From Podarcis liolepis (lineage: Eukaryota), in NCBI GenBank assembly GCA_965112155.1, contig OZ218099.1: a DNA stretch of 64,000 nucleotides. One strand, given 5' to 3'. Below, piece after piece: positions 38,216-51,370 of this stretch; position 1 is the stretch's first letter; each line of letters begins with the position of its first letter. The position numbers and the translations under genes were made by a program. Below the pieces are notes generated by a model, which did not search any database, was not told the origin of the DNA, and saw only the letters and a program-made list of their open reading frames with translations.

Positions 38216-38380
38216 CTGCAACAGGTGTCAACTGCGGATTGAGCATCCCCATTGGTGTTGGTGGCGGCACCACCCCCATTAGAGCCCCGACAGGAGTGCC
38301 TGCCCGGGGGGAGGAATTCTGCTGCTGTTGCTGTGCTGCTCGTTCTCTCTCCTGCTGCTCAGCAACCTTAGCTGCCCGCT
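38216..38380 (-). CDS. PBRM1: PBRM1 cassette-type exon after the HMG box
   Basis: (E)RAAKVAEQQERERAAQQQQQNSSPRAGTPVGALMGVVPPPTPMGMLNPQLTPVA; TTGCAG / GTAAAA; 165 nt, phase 1-1. Confidence 0.94.
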
Positions 38381-41300
38381 CTGCAAAAGTTTTAGATTTT
38401 AGACTTTCAGTTCTGTTTCGTAACCCAGAATTTCAAAAAAAAATATTCTCTAATCACTGAAAAAGGACTAGTCAACATTGGCAACAAGTTTAGGCTTCAG
38501 TTGTGGGTGGGTGGGGGGGAAATACAGGCTATTTTTGAAAATGCAATACATAATTTTGTCTTAGTTTGGCTGCCAACAAAAAGACAGTTAAAGAATCTAT
38601 GATGAAAGGGCCTCAGAAGAGTCAACGAAATGTGGGCCTGGATCCCAAGAACCAAGGCTTCCTCCAGCCTGCAGTCCTCTGTGCCCGCTAAAAGCTTCTT
38701 CTGAGGGTCGGGGGACCCTCTGATCGGAACAGAATGTGATGCAGGGAGCTACAGGAGGAAGTTGCCCCCAAAGAGGTGAAGGTTTTCGAGGAGGACGCAA
38801 AGGAGGGGAGGGTGGAATGGGAAAGTCTCCTTCGATTGGTGGTTCTCAGAATCCAAGCTATGTGGTTTTAGAGCTGTTGACCTTTTTAAAAGTCCCACCA
38901 TCAATGGTACCATCAGATAGTAGCAGCTCAGAAGTAAGAAATACGCATGCCAGGACAGCTTGGCATAAGATACTACGCACCACATTTGCAATTCACAGCC
39001 TGTTGGGTCTAGATTCATTCTGTACATGCCAGTGGGCCTGTTCCAGAGTAGGTGAGCTACAGAGTACAGTACATGTCAACGGATTTGCTCTGATCCAAAA
39101 CAAGTATCCAGTTAGACTTTACTAGGGCCAGTGTTGTCCCAATTTTTACCTCCGTATTTAACATAAAGCCCAGTGATTAGGAGGAGGGAAATTCTATTTT
39201 CCACCCATCTTGGTTCTTCCAAACAAGTGTCTTCAGCTACCATGAGAACAATACATTTGCTAAACGTAAGAAAATCTGTTTGAAAGGCATTTTTTCCATC
39301 TATAAAGGAATTGTTCTAAATGTACACTCAAGGGGCTTGGCAAGCATAATGGTTTATCCTGAACTCCTGGGGGAAACTATTGAACAAATACAGCATCCCT
39401 TTCCAAGTTATTTCCCAGATCAAAAATGTAAATTTTGTTAGAAAACAAGAAGAATGAGACAATTGCACAATTTGTCCCATCAAAAAACTAGTTTCCTAGC
39501 ACAGCATTTCATATATCCCAGTTGCCCAACAGACTGTTAATATTTTATGTAGACAAACAAGAAAAGCATGATTCTTTTTGCACCTTCTTTGATTTAGGAA
39601 CAGAAATAATGCATCCAAACTTATATTTGGGGGACATGAAATTACAGGCATGATCAAAGAGCACAAGAAAAAATACACACAGATATGCAACTGTAGTAGA
39701 CACAAATTATGTCTACTGTAGTATGTCTACTAGTAAGGAACAATCTAGATTACAAATGAAGGGTATGTGACAGATTCCTGTGTGTGTGCATATGTATAAA
39801 GTTTTAAGCATACAATATATGATTAATTTCATAACACAAATTCCTTAAAAGAGATCAAAAGGCAAGGAGTTACTATATCATCTTCTGTTTTAACTATGGA
39901 AAAGACATTTTGATTATCAAAATGAATTTTGATTATTCATAGTAAATTCAAAAAGAAAACATCACACTGAATTGGTTCTTAATATATACTCATTGGATTA
40001 ATGTTTCTTTTATCACGTAAATTCTAGAGACTTGAATTAGGACTACGTTCAGCAAAACAGCAGCCAATCTTTCAGCAATGGTTTTATTCTAAATGGTTTG
40101 TGTCAGATGCTAGCAGACAAGAGAACAAAAACTTGTGATATTGACAGAGCAATTCAACAGTACCAAGCAGACACAGGAGCTGAGCTTTGGAATTTCACTG
40201 TCAAATCTAGCAAACCCAGCCCCCAAACCTTCAAACCTCACCTTGCAATCACTGGGTACAGTGAAATGTTAAGACACGAACCTTAATTTCTCATGTCAAA
40301 AAATTCTTGATTGTGCATATTTATTAATTACTTTGCTTATCAGGGAAGTTTGTCATGCACAGCTTTTGACTGTTTAGTGCTTAAACATTCTGTTTTGAAT
40401 TTGTAGTGGTTTAAAGCTCAAAGTTCTATTAAAATCCATTTTCACTGCTTACTGAATGGCACTTATTCAGTACATAAACCCTGTACGAGTCTATTCTAAG
40501 ATGCTCATTAAAAGCACTTAAGAAAATTCCTTCTAATTTTTAATGCAGCTTCATACCAGATACTTTCCCTTTTGTCCATAAATCTATTTAAACAAAACAT
40601 ACAAAACAAAATAAACAACTTTGCTTTGCCTGCTATCTCCATCCATGCCCTCATCTACAAAGAAAGAAAAATCTGCCTTTTGACAAAAATGGCTGATAAA
40701 ATGTCAGTCTGAGAACAGAAATTTGTAATCAAATTATAAAGGACCAAAGTAGGAATACTTAAGAAAACTTTAGCATGGATGTCAATACTATAGTGTAGTC
40801 CCAAGCAAAATAAAAAGGGATATAATCATAATGGATAGGAGTGAACTTCAAAATGGCATGGTTTAAAGGGAAACTCAACATTATTGCTTTGAAAAATGTC
40901 AGAGACATTGCACTGGCTCAAAAAATTGTATCTCAGCTTAATAAAGTGAGGTATGAACAAGCTCATGGGTGTATAATCAGTTCCTTTGCAGTTTGAATGA
41001 ACAAACAAAGAATTATTCCATTCGCTGTAGGTTAAATGGGAAACAATGGTTAATAGCTTCAAAATGAACCATGGCTTTATCTTCTAGCTTGTTCTGAACC
41101 CATTAAACATAGTTTTCCAATACAAGCATGCTGTGAAACTTCAGTCAAGGAGACTTTCTGCCTTGCACATTCGTGGAAAGGGACTGCAGGAACAGCCAAG
41201 CAACTTGTTCATATCTTGGCTTATTAAACTAAGATATGATTGCCTGAACGTGTCCACATTTCTATGTGTCAGTACATGTAGGAAGGAAGGAGAGTTTGAA

Positions 41301-41930
41301 AAAAAGGAAATGAAATGGAACCATCTATCATTCTAGCTCTGCAAAGGAATGATACAACAAGTCCACGATAAAGGAAAGTGAGATCCAATGACCAACAGCA
41401 TTTAGTCTGAATATCAAACTTGCTTTAAAATGACTTAGTATCGTCTTCAGAGCTTAATAATTATTCCTAAATTTTCTTTTCTAATGCTGCAATAAATACC
41501 TGAAAAACATTCTAGCCTACGAGTTTAGGATGATAAACATTTGGAAACACACATCCTGCAAAAGACATGCAGGCTTTAATGAAAACCTACCTGTGAGTAC
41601 ATGAAAGAGCTTGATTATTATACGCTGGCTATATTATTATGCTGCTCAGGGAGCAGAATAACAATTTGAGGTAGGGAAACAAAAGAACATCTGTTTGGGT
41701 TAAGTAGGCAAAGACATTCTAATAAAAGTATTTTAGTTGATTTATTAAGGACAAAGTACACGTTTCTCTGCTCTGCTTTAAACTTCTTTAATTGCTTTGA
41801 ACTCTCTGTAGTCCTTTCATTTTGCTTCTGTGTATCTTCACTATGCAGCATGTACTAGTGCCCTGATGTTAAATGCTGGGCTAGTTATCTGAAACCAGTA
41901 TTGGAACTTCACTCTTGCAGCTCCTGGCTA

Positions 41931-42160
41931 TAGGAATCATAGAACTGGAAGGGCCCTTGGCGGTCATCTAGTGCAACTCCTTGGCTCAATCCAGGATGAA
42001 ACTACAACTTTCCTGGCAGATGCCTGTCCAGCCTCTGCTTAAATACCTCCAGAAAGGGGAGAGCTGGTCACCCCTCCAGCAATCTGTTCCACTGTTGAGC
42101 AGCTTGCACTGCTAATATTAGTCAAAACCTGCTTCTCTACAATTCCCATCCACTGCTCAA
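41931..42160 (-). mobile_element. CR1 LINE 3' fragment
   Basis: AATCATAGAACTGGAAGGGCCCTT...GTCATCTAGT, the reverse complement of a CR1 3' end. Confidence 0.7.
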
Positions 42161-42246
42161 CTTTTCACTCTGCTACTTCTCCTTTCCAGTTTTTCTCCTT
42201 CTCCCTATTCCTCTCTCCTCTTTAAGCCCACTCGCTTCCTTTAGAT

Positions 42247-42424
42247 CACTGGTCTTCAACTGGTGGGTTGGGACCCACTGGTGGGTCGCAGTCTGGTCCA
42301 AGTTAGGTTGCAAACAGGAGCACTACTATCATTGAAACATATGGTAAAAGATTAAGGAGTGGGTCTCCAAATACATGTTTGGGTTAGATGTGGGTCCTGG
42401 GTCTGAACAGGTTGAAGATACCTA
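42247..42424. mobile_element. hAT (Charlie-like) MITE
   Basis: TCTTCAAC / GTTGAAGA termini; flanks CTTTAGAT / CCTTAGAT. Confidence 0.6.
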
Positions 42425-42524
42425 CCTTAGATGACTTTCTTCTTGGGCCCCTGGCTCCTCTCTAGCAGGCAGCTCAGTCGGTCTGTTTCAGAGGCATCAT
42501 CACCACTACCAATTCCCTCAAGTA

Positions 42525-42829
42525 CAGTGGTTCTCAACCCCCCCCCCCCCCAATAACCACTTGAAAATTGTTGATGGACCACTTAATGATTTTACTGCCT
42601 CTTGCGGTAATTTCAATGTGGTGTGCTAAATGCCACAATGTAGCGTATCTTTATGCTGTATTTTACTGCCTTATAATTTGCATTCCATAGAACTTCAATG
42701 CAATGAAATAAAAGAAAAGAAAAAGAAAAGAAGCAATAAAATACCATTAAAAATCAGTAGGAATATTTAGCGTCAACATGCCATGGGCCACCTGTATGGA
42801 ACTTGCAGCCCACAGTTTGGGAACCCCTG
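42525..42829. mobile_element. hAT (Charlie-like) MITE
   Basis: Termini CAGTGGTTCTCAACC / TTTGGGAACCCCTG. Confidence 0.7.
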
Positions 42830-42983
42830 TCTTATTGTATTATAAGTTTCTATGGGGTGAGTGCTTATATATTTAAAGACAGAAATATATAAAGACAGAA
42901 ATATAAGTTGCCTGCCCTCAAAAGGACACAGAGTCTTTTCTGAAAGGGAAAAAAGGTTTCACATCTTTACACCTTTAATTTAC

Positions 42984-43185
42984 CTTCATATTCTGCTTTC
43001 TTGGTTGCTTCCAAGTTTCTCCACTCTGTTCCAACAAGTCTACTGAGCTCTCCAAATGAATAATCTGGGTGCTGAGCTTTAATAACTGCTCTCATCTCAC
43101 TACTAAATAGAATGTAACCACTCATGTTGATCTTCCTCTTCGATCCTTCCTTCTTTACACTGCCCTTGGCAGACTTGGGAGTGGA
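42984..43185 (-). CDS. PBRM1: PBRM1 exon (HMG box)
   Basis: STPKSAKGSVKKEGSKRKINMSGYILFSSEMRAVIKAQHPDYSFGELSRLVGTEWRNLEATKKAEYE; CCATAG / GTAAAT; 202 nt. Confidence 0.96.
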
Positions 43186-43323
43186 CTATGGAGAAAAAAA
43201 CACACCTATGGTCATAAATGCGTAACAGAAAATTCTCAAGTTAGAAAGTGAAGGCTAGAGAATCTAATCCTCAATTTCTGACCTTTTTGTCTTCATGATC
43301 ATATTTTTAAGCTGATAATGGTA

Positions 43324-43574
43324 CAGTCGTACCTTGGTTTTCGAACAGAATGCGTTCCGGAAGTCCATTCGACTTCCAAAACGTTCGGAAACCAAGGCGC
43401 AGCTTCCTATTGGCTGCAAGAGCATCCTGCAGCCAATCGGAAGCCACAGAAGCTGTGCCGGATGTTCGGCTTCTGAGGCAAAGTTCGCAAACTGGAACAC
43501 CTACTTCCGGGTTTGCGAAGTTCGAGTTCTTAGTTGTTCGTGAACTAAGCTGTTCGAAAACCAAGGTATGACTG
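43324..43574. mobile_element. Tc1/mariner MITE
   Basis: TIRs CAGTCGTACCTTGGTTTTCGAACA / TGTTCGAAAACCAAGGTATGACTG; TA TSD. Confidence 0.9.
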
Positions 43575-44130
43575 TATTGGATCACTGTCAATGAGGCAAG
43601 AGTATCTGGGTGGGCAAATCTGGGAAGATGGCTGCCATACCTAGGAATTGGTGGTTGCCTCTAGGGTTTACAAAACCTGGGCAGCACTGCAGTATATCTG
43701 CCATTAATTAATATTCTTCCAAATTACTTTTAGAACTTTCTAGAAACTGCAAACAATCCAAAAGCGACTTATTTCTTATTTGGTTACCCAAAAATTTTCA
43801 TTTATATGAGTTGCTGCACCACAAATCACAATTTCCCCAGCATTAAATGGCACTAAATGAAAGACATAACTTGAAATCACATGAGTTACAAAATTATTTG
43901 TTCTCAGTATATTTTAATTCATTTTACAAAAGTATATAATAATATGCATTTGATAGAAGATCTCCAAGCAGTTTCTTTTAAAAAGAAAATAAATTGTATA
44001 TTGGCAAAATAACACTGAAAATTGCCTTTCTGGTATATAGCTCACTACAGCCAAAGCACACATCTTTTCAGCAGAGGAGGAAGAGGAGGAGGGAAAGGTC
44101 TCAACTATGTGATTTTGTAAAAGACGTTAC

Positions 44131-44341
44131 CTGTGGAGGAGTGTATGGCATTATATCCAACTCATTAGAAAGAGGACTCTGAAGTTGAGGCATCGTTGGC
44201 GCTTCTGTAACTTCACCTTCCTCTTCTGCAATCTCTTCAATCTCTTCATCACCTCCTTCCAGCTCAGCAAATTTGGCTTCTAGCTGCTGAATCTTCTTTT
44301 CCAGAAGGGGAGATGGCTCCTTCTGAGGAATTATGGGTTTC
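44131..44341 (-). CDS. PBRM1: PBRM1 exon
   Basis: KPIIPQKEPSPLLEKK...DIMPYTPPQ; TCTTAG / GTAACG; 211 nt. Confidence 0.96.
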
Positions 44342-45300
44342 CTAAGAAAGTATTCCATATGAATAAAACCCCTCTCTGTACAACATAGGATAGAATTCAA
44401 CGCCACACTAAGGGGGATCCATTTGTATGCCAAGCAAAAACACTTATGCTGTTGGAACAAGCTCTCCTCTCCCCCCACTGTACCCTGTTCTGGGAGGGGG
44501 GGTCTCCTGACCCTGCTAAGATTTGGGGAGAGTGGTGGAGAGGAGAGGAAAGAATATCCTGTTGCACTAGTGGGACTCATGCTGGTTTCCGTTAGGGTGA
44601 CAGCTTAGTTGAATCTGGCCCATAATTCCTAAATTCTGCTTTACAGTAAGTGTTGCATCAGGAAGAGGTAGGAACATATTAAAAAAAATAAGTGGCATGT
44701 TTGAAAAAGGTAAGCAACTGTTGTTTGAACCCAATTTTGAAACTGCACAGAATAATTATTTAGAAATCTTCCATGCAGTAGGTGCACACCACAAAGAACA
44801 GAATGGCTTTGGTAGCCAACTCTAAAATGTTTGCTAATGTTAAACTTTTCGAGCAATGAAATCAATTTTTCTAATTGCAAATCCTTCAATGAAAAGGATG
44901 TCGTTCTCTACAGCCCTTATCTAAAATGATAATATGCCTATTTTTGTGCAGTGATATTTTAAGTAAGAAATACATATTGGCAGAAAATAAATGACTATAT
45001 TCAAGTTCACCATTGCCTATTTAAAATACTGTTGTGAGCTATTGCTTTGGCCGGAGGGAGGGGGATGGCAGGATGTACACCTGAGACCCTTCTAATTCCT
45101 GGACCCAATACAAATTGGATTTCTGGAACAGCCAAGCTAGCTTCCTGGTAAGGTAATGGCCCTCTATGTTCAATGGATCTGAAGATGCTTCAGTTTATAC
45201 CACTACTTTTTATAAAGGACATTTTTTCCTACAGTCCAATCAACTTAAAGATCTCTACCCCATTATCTCTGATAATGCTTTAAAAGCAAAAACATCGTAC

Positions 45301-45484
45301 CTAAAGTAGTAAATTTCATCATCTACTACTTTTGCTGAAAGAGAAAACCTTTTCAATCCCTTAAATTTCTTCATCTGTTTGTCACTTTCATTATAGCGGC
45401 TTTCACAGAGGAGAACATCATTTTCAGAAATCTCAGTTGGCCTACAGGAGAGGAAGTCCTTGAAAGACAACACAGCACACTTCC
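45301..45484 (-). CDS. PBRM1: PBRM1 exon (BAH2)
   Basis: GKCAVLSFKDFLSCRPTE...DDEIYYFR; TTTCAG / GTACGA; 184 nt. Confidence 0.96.
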
Positions 45485-45798
45485 CTGAAAGAGAGAAAAA
45501 TAAAGTAGCAGCGTTTTCCACACTAACAGTTTGAAAGCGATTTTTTGTTAACAGGCCTGCATATTTTAAACCACCAAAAAGTTCATGACAATATACTGAC
45601 TCATCACACATAGCCTACAATGGAACACCTAAGCCTCATTCCAGTTCACATGTTGCATGTGACTCCTGCAGGGAATGTATCTCCTATGCACATTGACACA
45701 TCCATGAAGTTAAATGGATGTGATGACAGCATTCATACATGGCTCTCCTTTGCTGGACTGGGACAGTGCTTCCTTGCTGGATCTCTTCATGACAAATA

Positions 45799-45996
45799 CA
45801 ATCGTACCTTGGTTTTCGAACAGCCTAGTTCTCCCGAATGATCGAAACCCAGAAGTGACTGTTCCAGTTTTCGAACGTTCTTTTGGAAGCCGAACGTCCC
45901 ACGGGGGTTCCACGGCTTCCAATTGGCTGCAGGACCTTCCTGCAGCCAGTAAGAAGCCGTGATTTGATTTTCAAACGTTTTGGAAGTTGAACGGAT
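45799..45996. mobile_element. Truncated MITE related to 43324-43574
   Basis: Same left TIR (CAATCGTACCTTGGTTTTCGAACA) and shared ATTGGCTGCA...TGCAGCCA core; right TIR missing. Confidence 0.8.
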
Positions 45997-46518
45997 TCTC
46001 CTCCACTTAACAGAGCCAATTTAATTTCACATGAACAAGAAAACCATTCACTTAAGAAAATTTAAAATAACTGTATGCATCATTCAAGACTAGTTAATTA
46101 TTTTGTTCAAAGCCTTTATACTTCTAGTAAAGTAGGCAATAATGTGATACAGGTAGAATGAGCCAGCAGCAGCAGCTGCTGTTTAGGATGACCATAGTAC
46201 TGCCAAGGGCCATACACAACACAATGAGAATGCCCTTATCCAGTAAACAACCTACTGGATTTCAAAGCACATTTATTTTCCTCTGTTACTAGTTCTAGAA
46301 GAATGAAAAGGGCTTAAAAACCCCCAAATAAATTTATCACACAGAATTTATTATGTACTAGATACTCAGGTTTTATACCATAGCCTAACATGAAACATAG
46401 CAAAAACATGAAAAAGAAATGGAAATGATAGAATTGGAGTGATTCCCCCAGCCCCCAACTGTACTGTTCATTCAAAACACAAAAGTTATAGCAAAAAACA
46501 TCAATACTATTTGGTTAC

Positions 46519-46676
46519 CTAGAATGCATGTCATGGGGCAGGTCTCTTCTAAGTTACTCAAAAACACTTCCTTCTTGTAGAACATTTTAGTTGGCTCATG
46601 TTCAGTTTCCTCTGGGTGTATAAAGATCGGACCAAAGAAATAGGCAGCTCCATCTCTTACCCACATTTTTTCTATT
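46519..46676 (-). CDS. PBRM1: PBRM1 exon (BAH2)
   Basis: IEKMWVRDGAAYFFGPIFIHPEETEHEPTKMFYKKEVFLSNLEETCPMTCIL; 158 nt. Confidence 0.96.
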
Positions 46677-46846
46677 CTGAAAAACAGAAAAAGATTTGCT
46701 TCGGAGTATCCCAAGATAATTGCCAAGTCAAAAAGTGAGCCATTTCCCCCAATTGCTTTACGGTTTTATTCATCTTTTGCTTTTGTACATGAAAGACCTG
46801 AATCAGTTTTCAATGATGCAACTATATTTATAGAGAAAAAGGGTAC

Positions 46847-46992
46847 CTGCCAACTCGCGGTCGGACTAGACCGTGTGATTTTATGAAGACGCAATCCCCA
46901 ACCTTCAGCCACATGTCATTGTAACAAAGCTGTTCATAGTAGTGACACCCAGGTTCTCCATTTGCCATTTCTACTGGAACATCTTCTTTGTC
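46847..46992 (-). CDS. PBRM1: PBRM1 exon (BAH2 start)
   Basis: DKEDVPVEMANGEPGCHYYEQLCYNDMWLKVGDCVFIKSHGLVRPRVG(R); TTACAG / GTACCC; 146 nt. Confidence 0.96.
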
Positions 46993-47498
46993 CTGTAAAA
47001 TAAAGGCAGACTTAAGAAATGGGGAAAGTTGTGCAACTCTTCTTAAATAAAATGGTACGTTAGGTACTCAGCCTCATCCAGAAGCTACTTGCATAAGCAG
47101 GGACTGTGACATCCAGACCCCCGGATCTCCTTTAATATGCCATTCAGCATAGCAATATGGCCACTGTTTGATCAGTGGGTGCAAACTTTTCAGCTTGCCA
47201 GACAGAACAATCCTGACTCCTTTCCCTCCCTCACAGTTCTGGGGATTCTCCTGAATATGAGAGGTAGAGCTGAGTGTCATCCACATACCGGTGATGCTTT
47301 AGCCCAAACCTCCAAATGACCTCCCCATGTAATTTCATGTGGCTGTTAGATGTGTATATGGGAGACCCATGTACAAATCAGAACTGAAGCAGGTAAAAGC
47401 ATCAGCTATTCATTCCTAAACTGATAAACCATTTAAAATACCTACAGACAAGCACAAAAGTCAAAGCATTTAATGGCCAGCTCTTCAAACATGCATAC

Positions 47499-47765
47499 CT
47501 TTTCAAGGCTAAGGGTGTGGTCTCCCACTTTGATATCCTCAGACATTTCAGTGTGCTTTTCCTCATCAATTTTGTCTGTATTCGCAAATACCGAGGCAAC
47601 ACGAACCACAGGCAAGGGCACGTCTCGAGGAACAAATCGTACAGAGCTAATTGGCATGGTCCATAATTTAATCTTCTTAAAGGACTTGGTCTTTGCAGAA
47701 TAACGTGATTCGCAAACGTAAACGTCTTCATCTCTAAAGTTTTCTGGGCATAGCTTAAAATACTC
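47499..47765 (-). CDS. PBRM1: PBRM1 exon (BAH1 end)
   Basis: EYFKLCPENFRDEDVYVCESRYSAK...SLEK; GACTAG / GTATGC; 267 nt. Confidence 0.96.
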
Positions 47766-48203
47766 CTAGTCAATGGGGAAAAATAATCATTCAGAAAAAA
47801 ATAGCTCATCTTGCAGAAACACGTAAGTTCAAAAGCCATTGTTTGTGGTGTTTTCTGGAGCAGTGTCCAGGCTCAAATGGCCACCAATGTCCTGTGAATC
47901 TGGAAGCCCACAAGTTCCTACCAGGTTGCTCTGAGGTTCTTAAACAAATGCCTTTCCTCTCTACTTTACATGCTCTATAGACCTGCAGACCTAGGTAGTC
48001 ACCCAAGGGTACAGAAATCATTCCCTTATCTTTCAGTGGCCTCATTTTATTTCCCAACTGATAAGCATTTGACTACTTGAAGAGGGCATGATGGGGAGAA
48101 ATTTAACAAAACAGAAAAACGATCTCTACCACAACAAAATGCTAATATTTGATCAGCATAGTGTTCATCCAGATACATAACAGAACATCTAGCCTATTCT
48201 CAC

Positions 48204-48361
48204 CTTAACAAACATGACCACACATTTGCCAAGAATTTTGTTCACGGGGACTTTGTTGTAATAATCACTTTTAAATACTTCTTTCTCCAAAAACTTTCGG
48301 GTTGCAAGATGGAATGTTTCATTTGGTCGATAAAACCAGCAGCCATACAACCATTTTTCTC
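48204..48361 (-). CDS. PBRM1: PBRM1 exon (BAH1)
   Basis: GEKWLYGCWFYRPNETFHLATRKFLEKEVFKSDYYNKVPVNKILGKCVVMFVK; 158 nt. Confidence 0.96.
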
Positions 48362-49242
48362 CTAAAAACAAGAAAGTTTTGTGATACAAAACAACTATAA
48401 GAAGTTATAAACTGATCCGCGGATCTTCTGTGGCGATAAAATGGCTGAGATAGTACTAGTTTGTGTCTGAAGTGCATTTCAAAGTCTAGACCTGCAAAAC
48501 TGTGGGACAGTTTCTCTTTGCATATTGTGATTGCGCAAATCAAAGACAGACCGCAACCCTTAATTTTTTGAAAACTGAAGTTCACAAAATAAGACATTTG
48601 AGAAAGGATGAGATGCTGGTTGTCATTCGTGCTGCACAGAACAGAAAGGTGACTGTGCCACCAGTTAACATGGCAATCACAACAGCAGTGCTGTGGGGGG
48701 AGAGAAACGTGACTCTTTGTTCTTAGTGAGAGGTGTCGCACTATGCTTGGGGTGCAGATGTGGCCTTGAGGCATTTGGGCATAGCATGGCTCTGCGCTTG
48801 TAGCTCAGCCACAACCACCACCTGTGTTCCTCCCTAAGGTTTCCACTAGTTGTCCTGGGGGCGAAGCTAGTCAGAATGAAGCAGAGCTGTCGCCTCTCTA
48901 GTCCACTCGTACTGCTGTATCAGGCAGGAAGAAAAACTCAGGGAAATGGACCCGCTTCCTAAAAGTTTTACTCCCACCTGTGTCAGCTGACGACCCGTGA
49001 CCCGTGTCATTGGCTACAGTGTCCCACGAAATGAATTGTTAGGGATCACCCTACAATCAGCCAGTGCTGTCCTTGCATTGAATTATTTCAATAATCTATC
49101 AGTTTGTTAGGGAAATCTCACGGTAGTGGTTCTATTACCAGTTATTGAAATATGTACTATGTTTACAGGAGCTGGTATCTGGATATAAGACAGGACATAG
49201 GACAGCTGCAACCACCGGCATTAAGAAGACAGTCTTTCTTAC

Positions 49243-49428
49243 CAGCCGAATCCTCCCACAGTCGTTCAATGCAGACTATGTGAGGTTGCAAGTTGGCTTC
49301 TGCGGGTTCAACATACACATAATCCCCAACATGATACATGCTGTTCTTAAAGCTGCAATCCTGGCTGTATGTCCTGTGTAAACTAGACAGTCCTGTTCCT
49401 CCAGAAGAATCTTCACTCTTTTCAGCTT
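49243..49428 (-). CDS. PBRM1: PBRM1 exon (BAH1 start)
   Basis: (E)AEKSEDSSGGTGLSSLHRTYSQDCSFKNSMYHVGDYVYVEPAEANLQPHIVCIERLWEDSA; AATAAG / GTAAGA; 186 nt. Confidence 0.94.
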
Positions 49429-49664
49429 CTTATTCAACATAAAAGAAAACAGTGGGAATGACTTACAGTCAGTTTAAAAACACAGGACTGCTCGCCTTGT
49501 AACACTTTACACACCAAGAATCTTTCCTGTAAAGAGTGACCATTTCCTTTTAGAAAAAATTCCTGGCACCAGCCATATCAAGCAATATCCCCCATCATCA
49601 TGCAATGCAAGGGAAAGGCGCTATTCTTGCCACACAAGGAGTAAGACAGATTCCATCCCCCCCA

Positions 49665-49665
<1 letters not shown>

Positions 49666-49696
<31 letters not shown>

Positions 49697-49895
49697 TAAT
49701 AATAATAATAAATTTGTATTGTGTCCATCTGTAGCTCTCAGGGAAGTTCACATCACAAAAATACAAGATAGAAAACATAATAAAACAAAACAAAAACAAA
49801 AACCAACCAATAAACAACTCTCCCACAATGCATTTAAAAGGGTACTGGGTGTTAATTAGCCAAAGGCCTGGTTAAAGAGGAATGTTTTTGCAAGA
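49666..49895 (-). mobile_element. L2-type LINE 3' end with (AAT)n tail
   Basis: AAT/AAC microsatellite followed by an L2-like 3' UTR; similar fragments near 12965-13150 and 56400-56690. Confidence 0.55.
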
Positions 49896-50722
49896 AGCAT
49901 GCCCTGATCACTGAAATGGGCCTCCAAAGAGGGGTGAGGAGGGGAGAATGAGCAGGAAGAAAGCATTTCAGACTTGGCAGTGTATTCAAAATGGTGTGGC
50001 AAGGTGGGAAGGGGGCCTGTGGCCAGTTGTACCATCAGGACTTTGGGCAGAAGTCTAGGGCCCCACATAGCAACACGAGCGTAAAGGTCCCCAAGTGCAG
50101 CAGGTCTGGCTTACCACATTTTGAAATGAAGTAATGCATATTACTGTTTAAAAAGCTCCCAGCTCACATGCATATAATATCAAGAGTATATAAGTTACTA
50201 GTGCTTGTGACACTCCCCTATTACAGTGATCACTGTTGCCGGTGATACTAATACAATCACTACACTGACAATATATTTACCATGTGCAAGACTTGCAATT
50301 TACCAGCTGAGTTGGCAGCTTTGAGCTCTGCTGAACAGTACTTCCCTCATGAATGAATTACACGTAGGGGCAAGCACATCTGAATAGTTCAGTGATGGCT
50401 GTGTAGGAAATACACATGTTGGCAACCATCTGACCAATTACTTTTCTACATTTGATGGTATCTTACTGGGGAAGATGACCTAGAAGGGTAGATTGTAAAT
50501 TTGGGATTTTCCTTGTCTTCCATCAGAGCGTGTCAAGGCAAACAAGAGAGCTGAATGACACAAATGTACAAATCAGCTCATTCACGAATTCATCCTTATA
50601 CTGCCCATCCTCTCTCAAGCAATGCTGATAATGCTGGAGAAGATTCACCTATGTCTCCTTTCAGTGAGTATCTGCTAAATGAAGAGTGACAATGTGCAGC
50701 CATTTAAATTAAGTACAATTAC

Positions 50723-50934
50723 CTCTCTTCTCTTCTTCTCTTTTGAGTTTGTCTTCTTCCATTTCCTTAGGAAGCTTTTCCTTCTTCTCTTTTTCGACAT
50801 CGTTATGAAGATGCTTGGTAGTGTAGCTGAGGGCTGGTGACAACAGGATCTCGCCATTCTTGCAGAGTTCGTCACGGATTTTGATAAAGAACTGTTGAAG
50901 TTCCACTGCATCCTCATAAATCTCCGAATCCGTC
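50723..50934 (-). CDS. PBRM1: PBRM1 exon (end of bromodomain 6)
   Basis: TDSEIYEDAVELQQFFIKIRDELCKNGE...EEEKR; TTAAAG / GTAATT; 212 nt. Confidence 0.96.
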
Positions 50935-51238
50935 CTTTAAAGAAAAGAGAAACTGCATGAAATGACAACATACACAACGTAACTGTAGAAGAAGCATGAA
51001 TGTGTCAGGAAAAAAAAAAAAGAAATTTCATTGTTTGCAACTGATTTCCCCCCCCTGACCCTGGTTTGGATGTCATGGAAAAGTGTGATTTAGTAAGCCA
51101 GGGTAGAAGTGCAGAAGGGGAGGAGGGAAAGGCAAGCTGAAAGTGCAGGGGCACACGGCTCATTCTTAGGACAATAAACAATGGTTTAATTGGCTAGAGA
51201 TTGTGACAATTCCACTGGGCCAAAGTCTTGCTATATCA

Positions 51239-51370
51239 CAGGCAAACTCAGCCCTCCAGATGTTTTGGGACTACAACTCCCATCATCCCTAGCTAACAGG
51301 ACAAGTGGTCAGGGATGATGGGAGTTGTAGTCCCAAAAAACATCTGGAGGGCCGAGTTTGCCTATGCCTG
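51239..51370. mobile_element. Palindromic hAT MITE
   Basis: GGGACTACAACTCCCATCATCCCT...AGGGATGATGGGAGTTGTAGTCCC hairpin; perfect 8-bp TSD CTATATCA. Confidence 0.9.
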
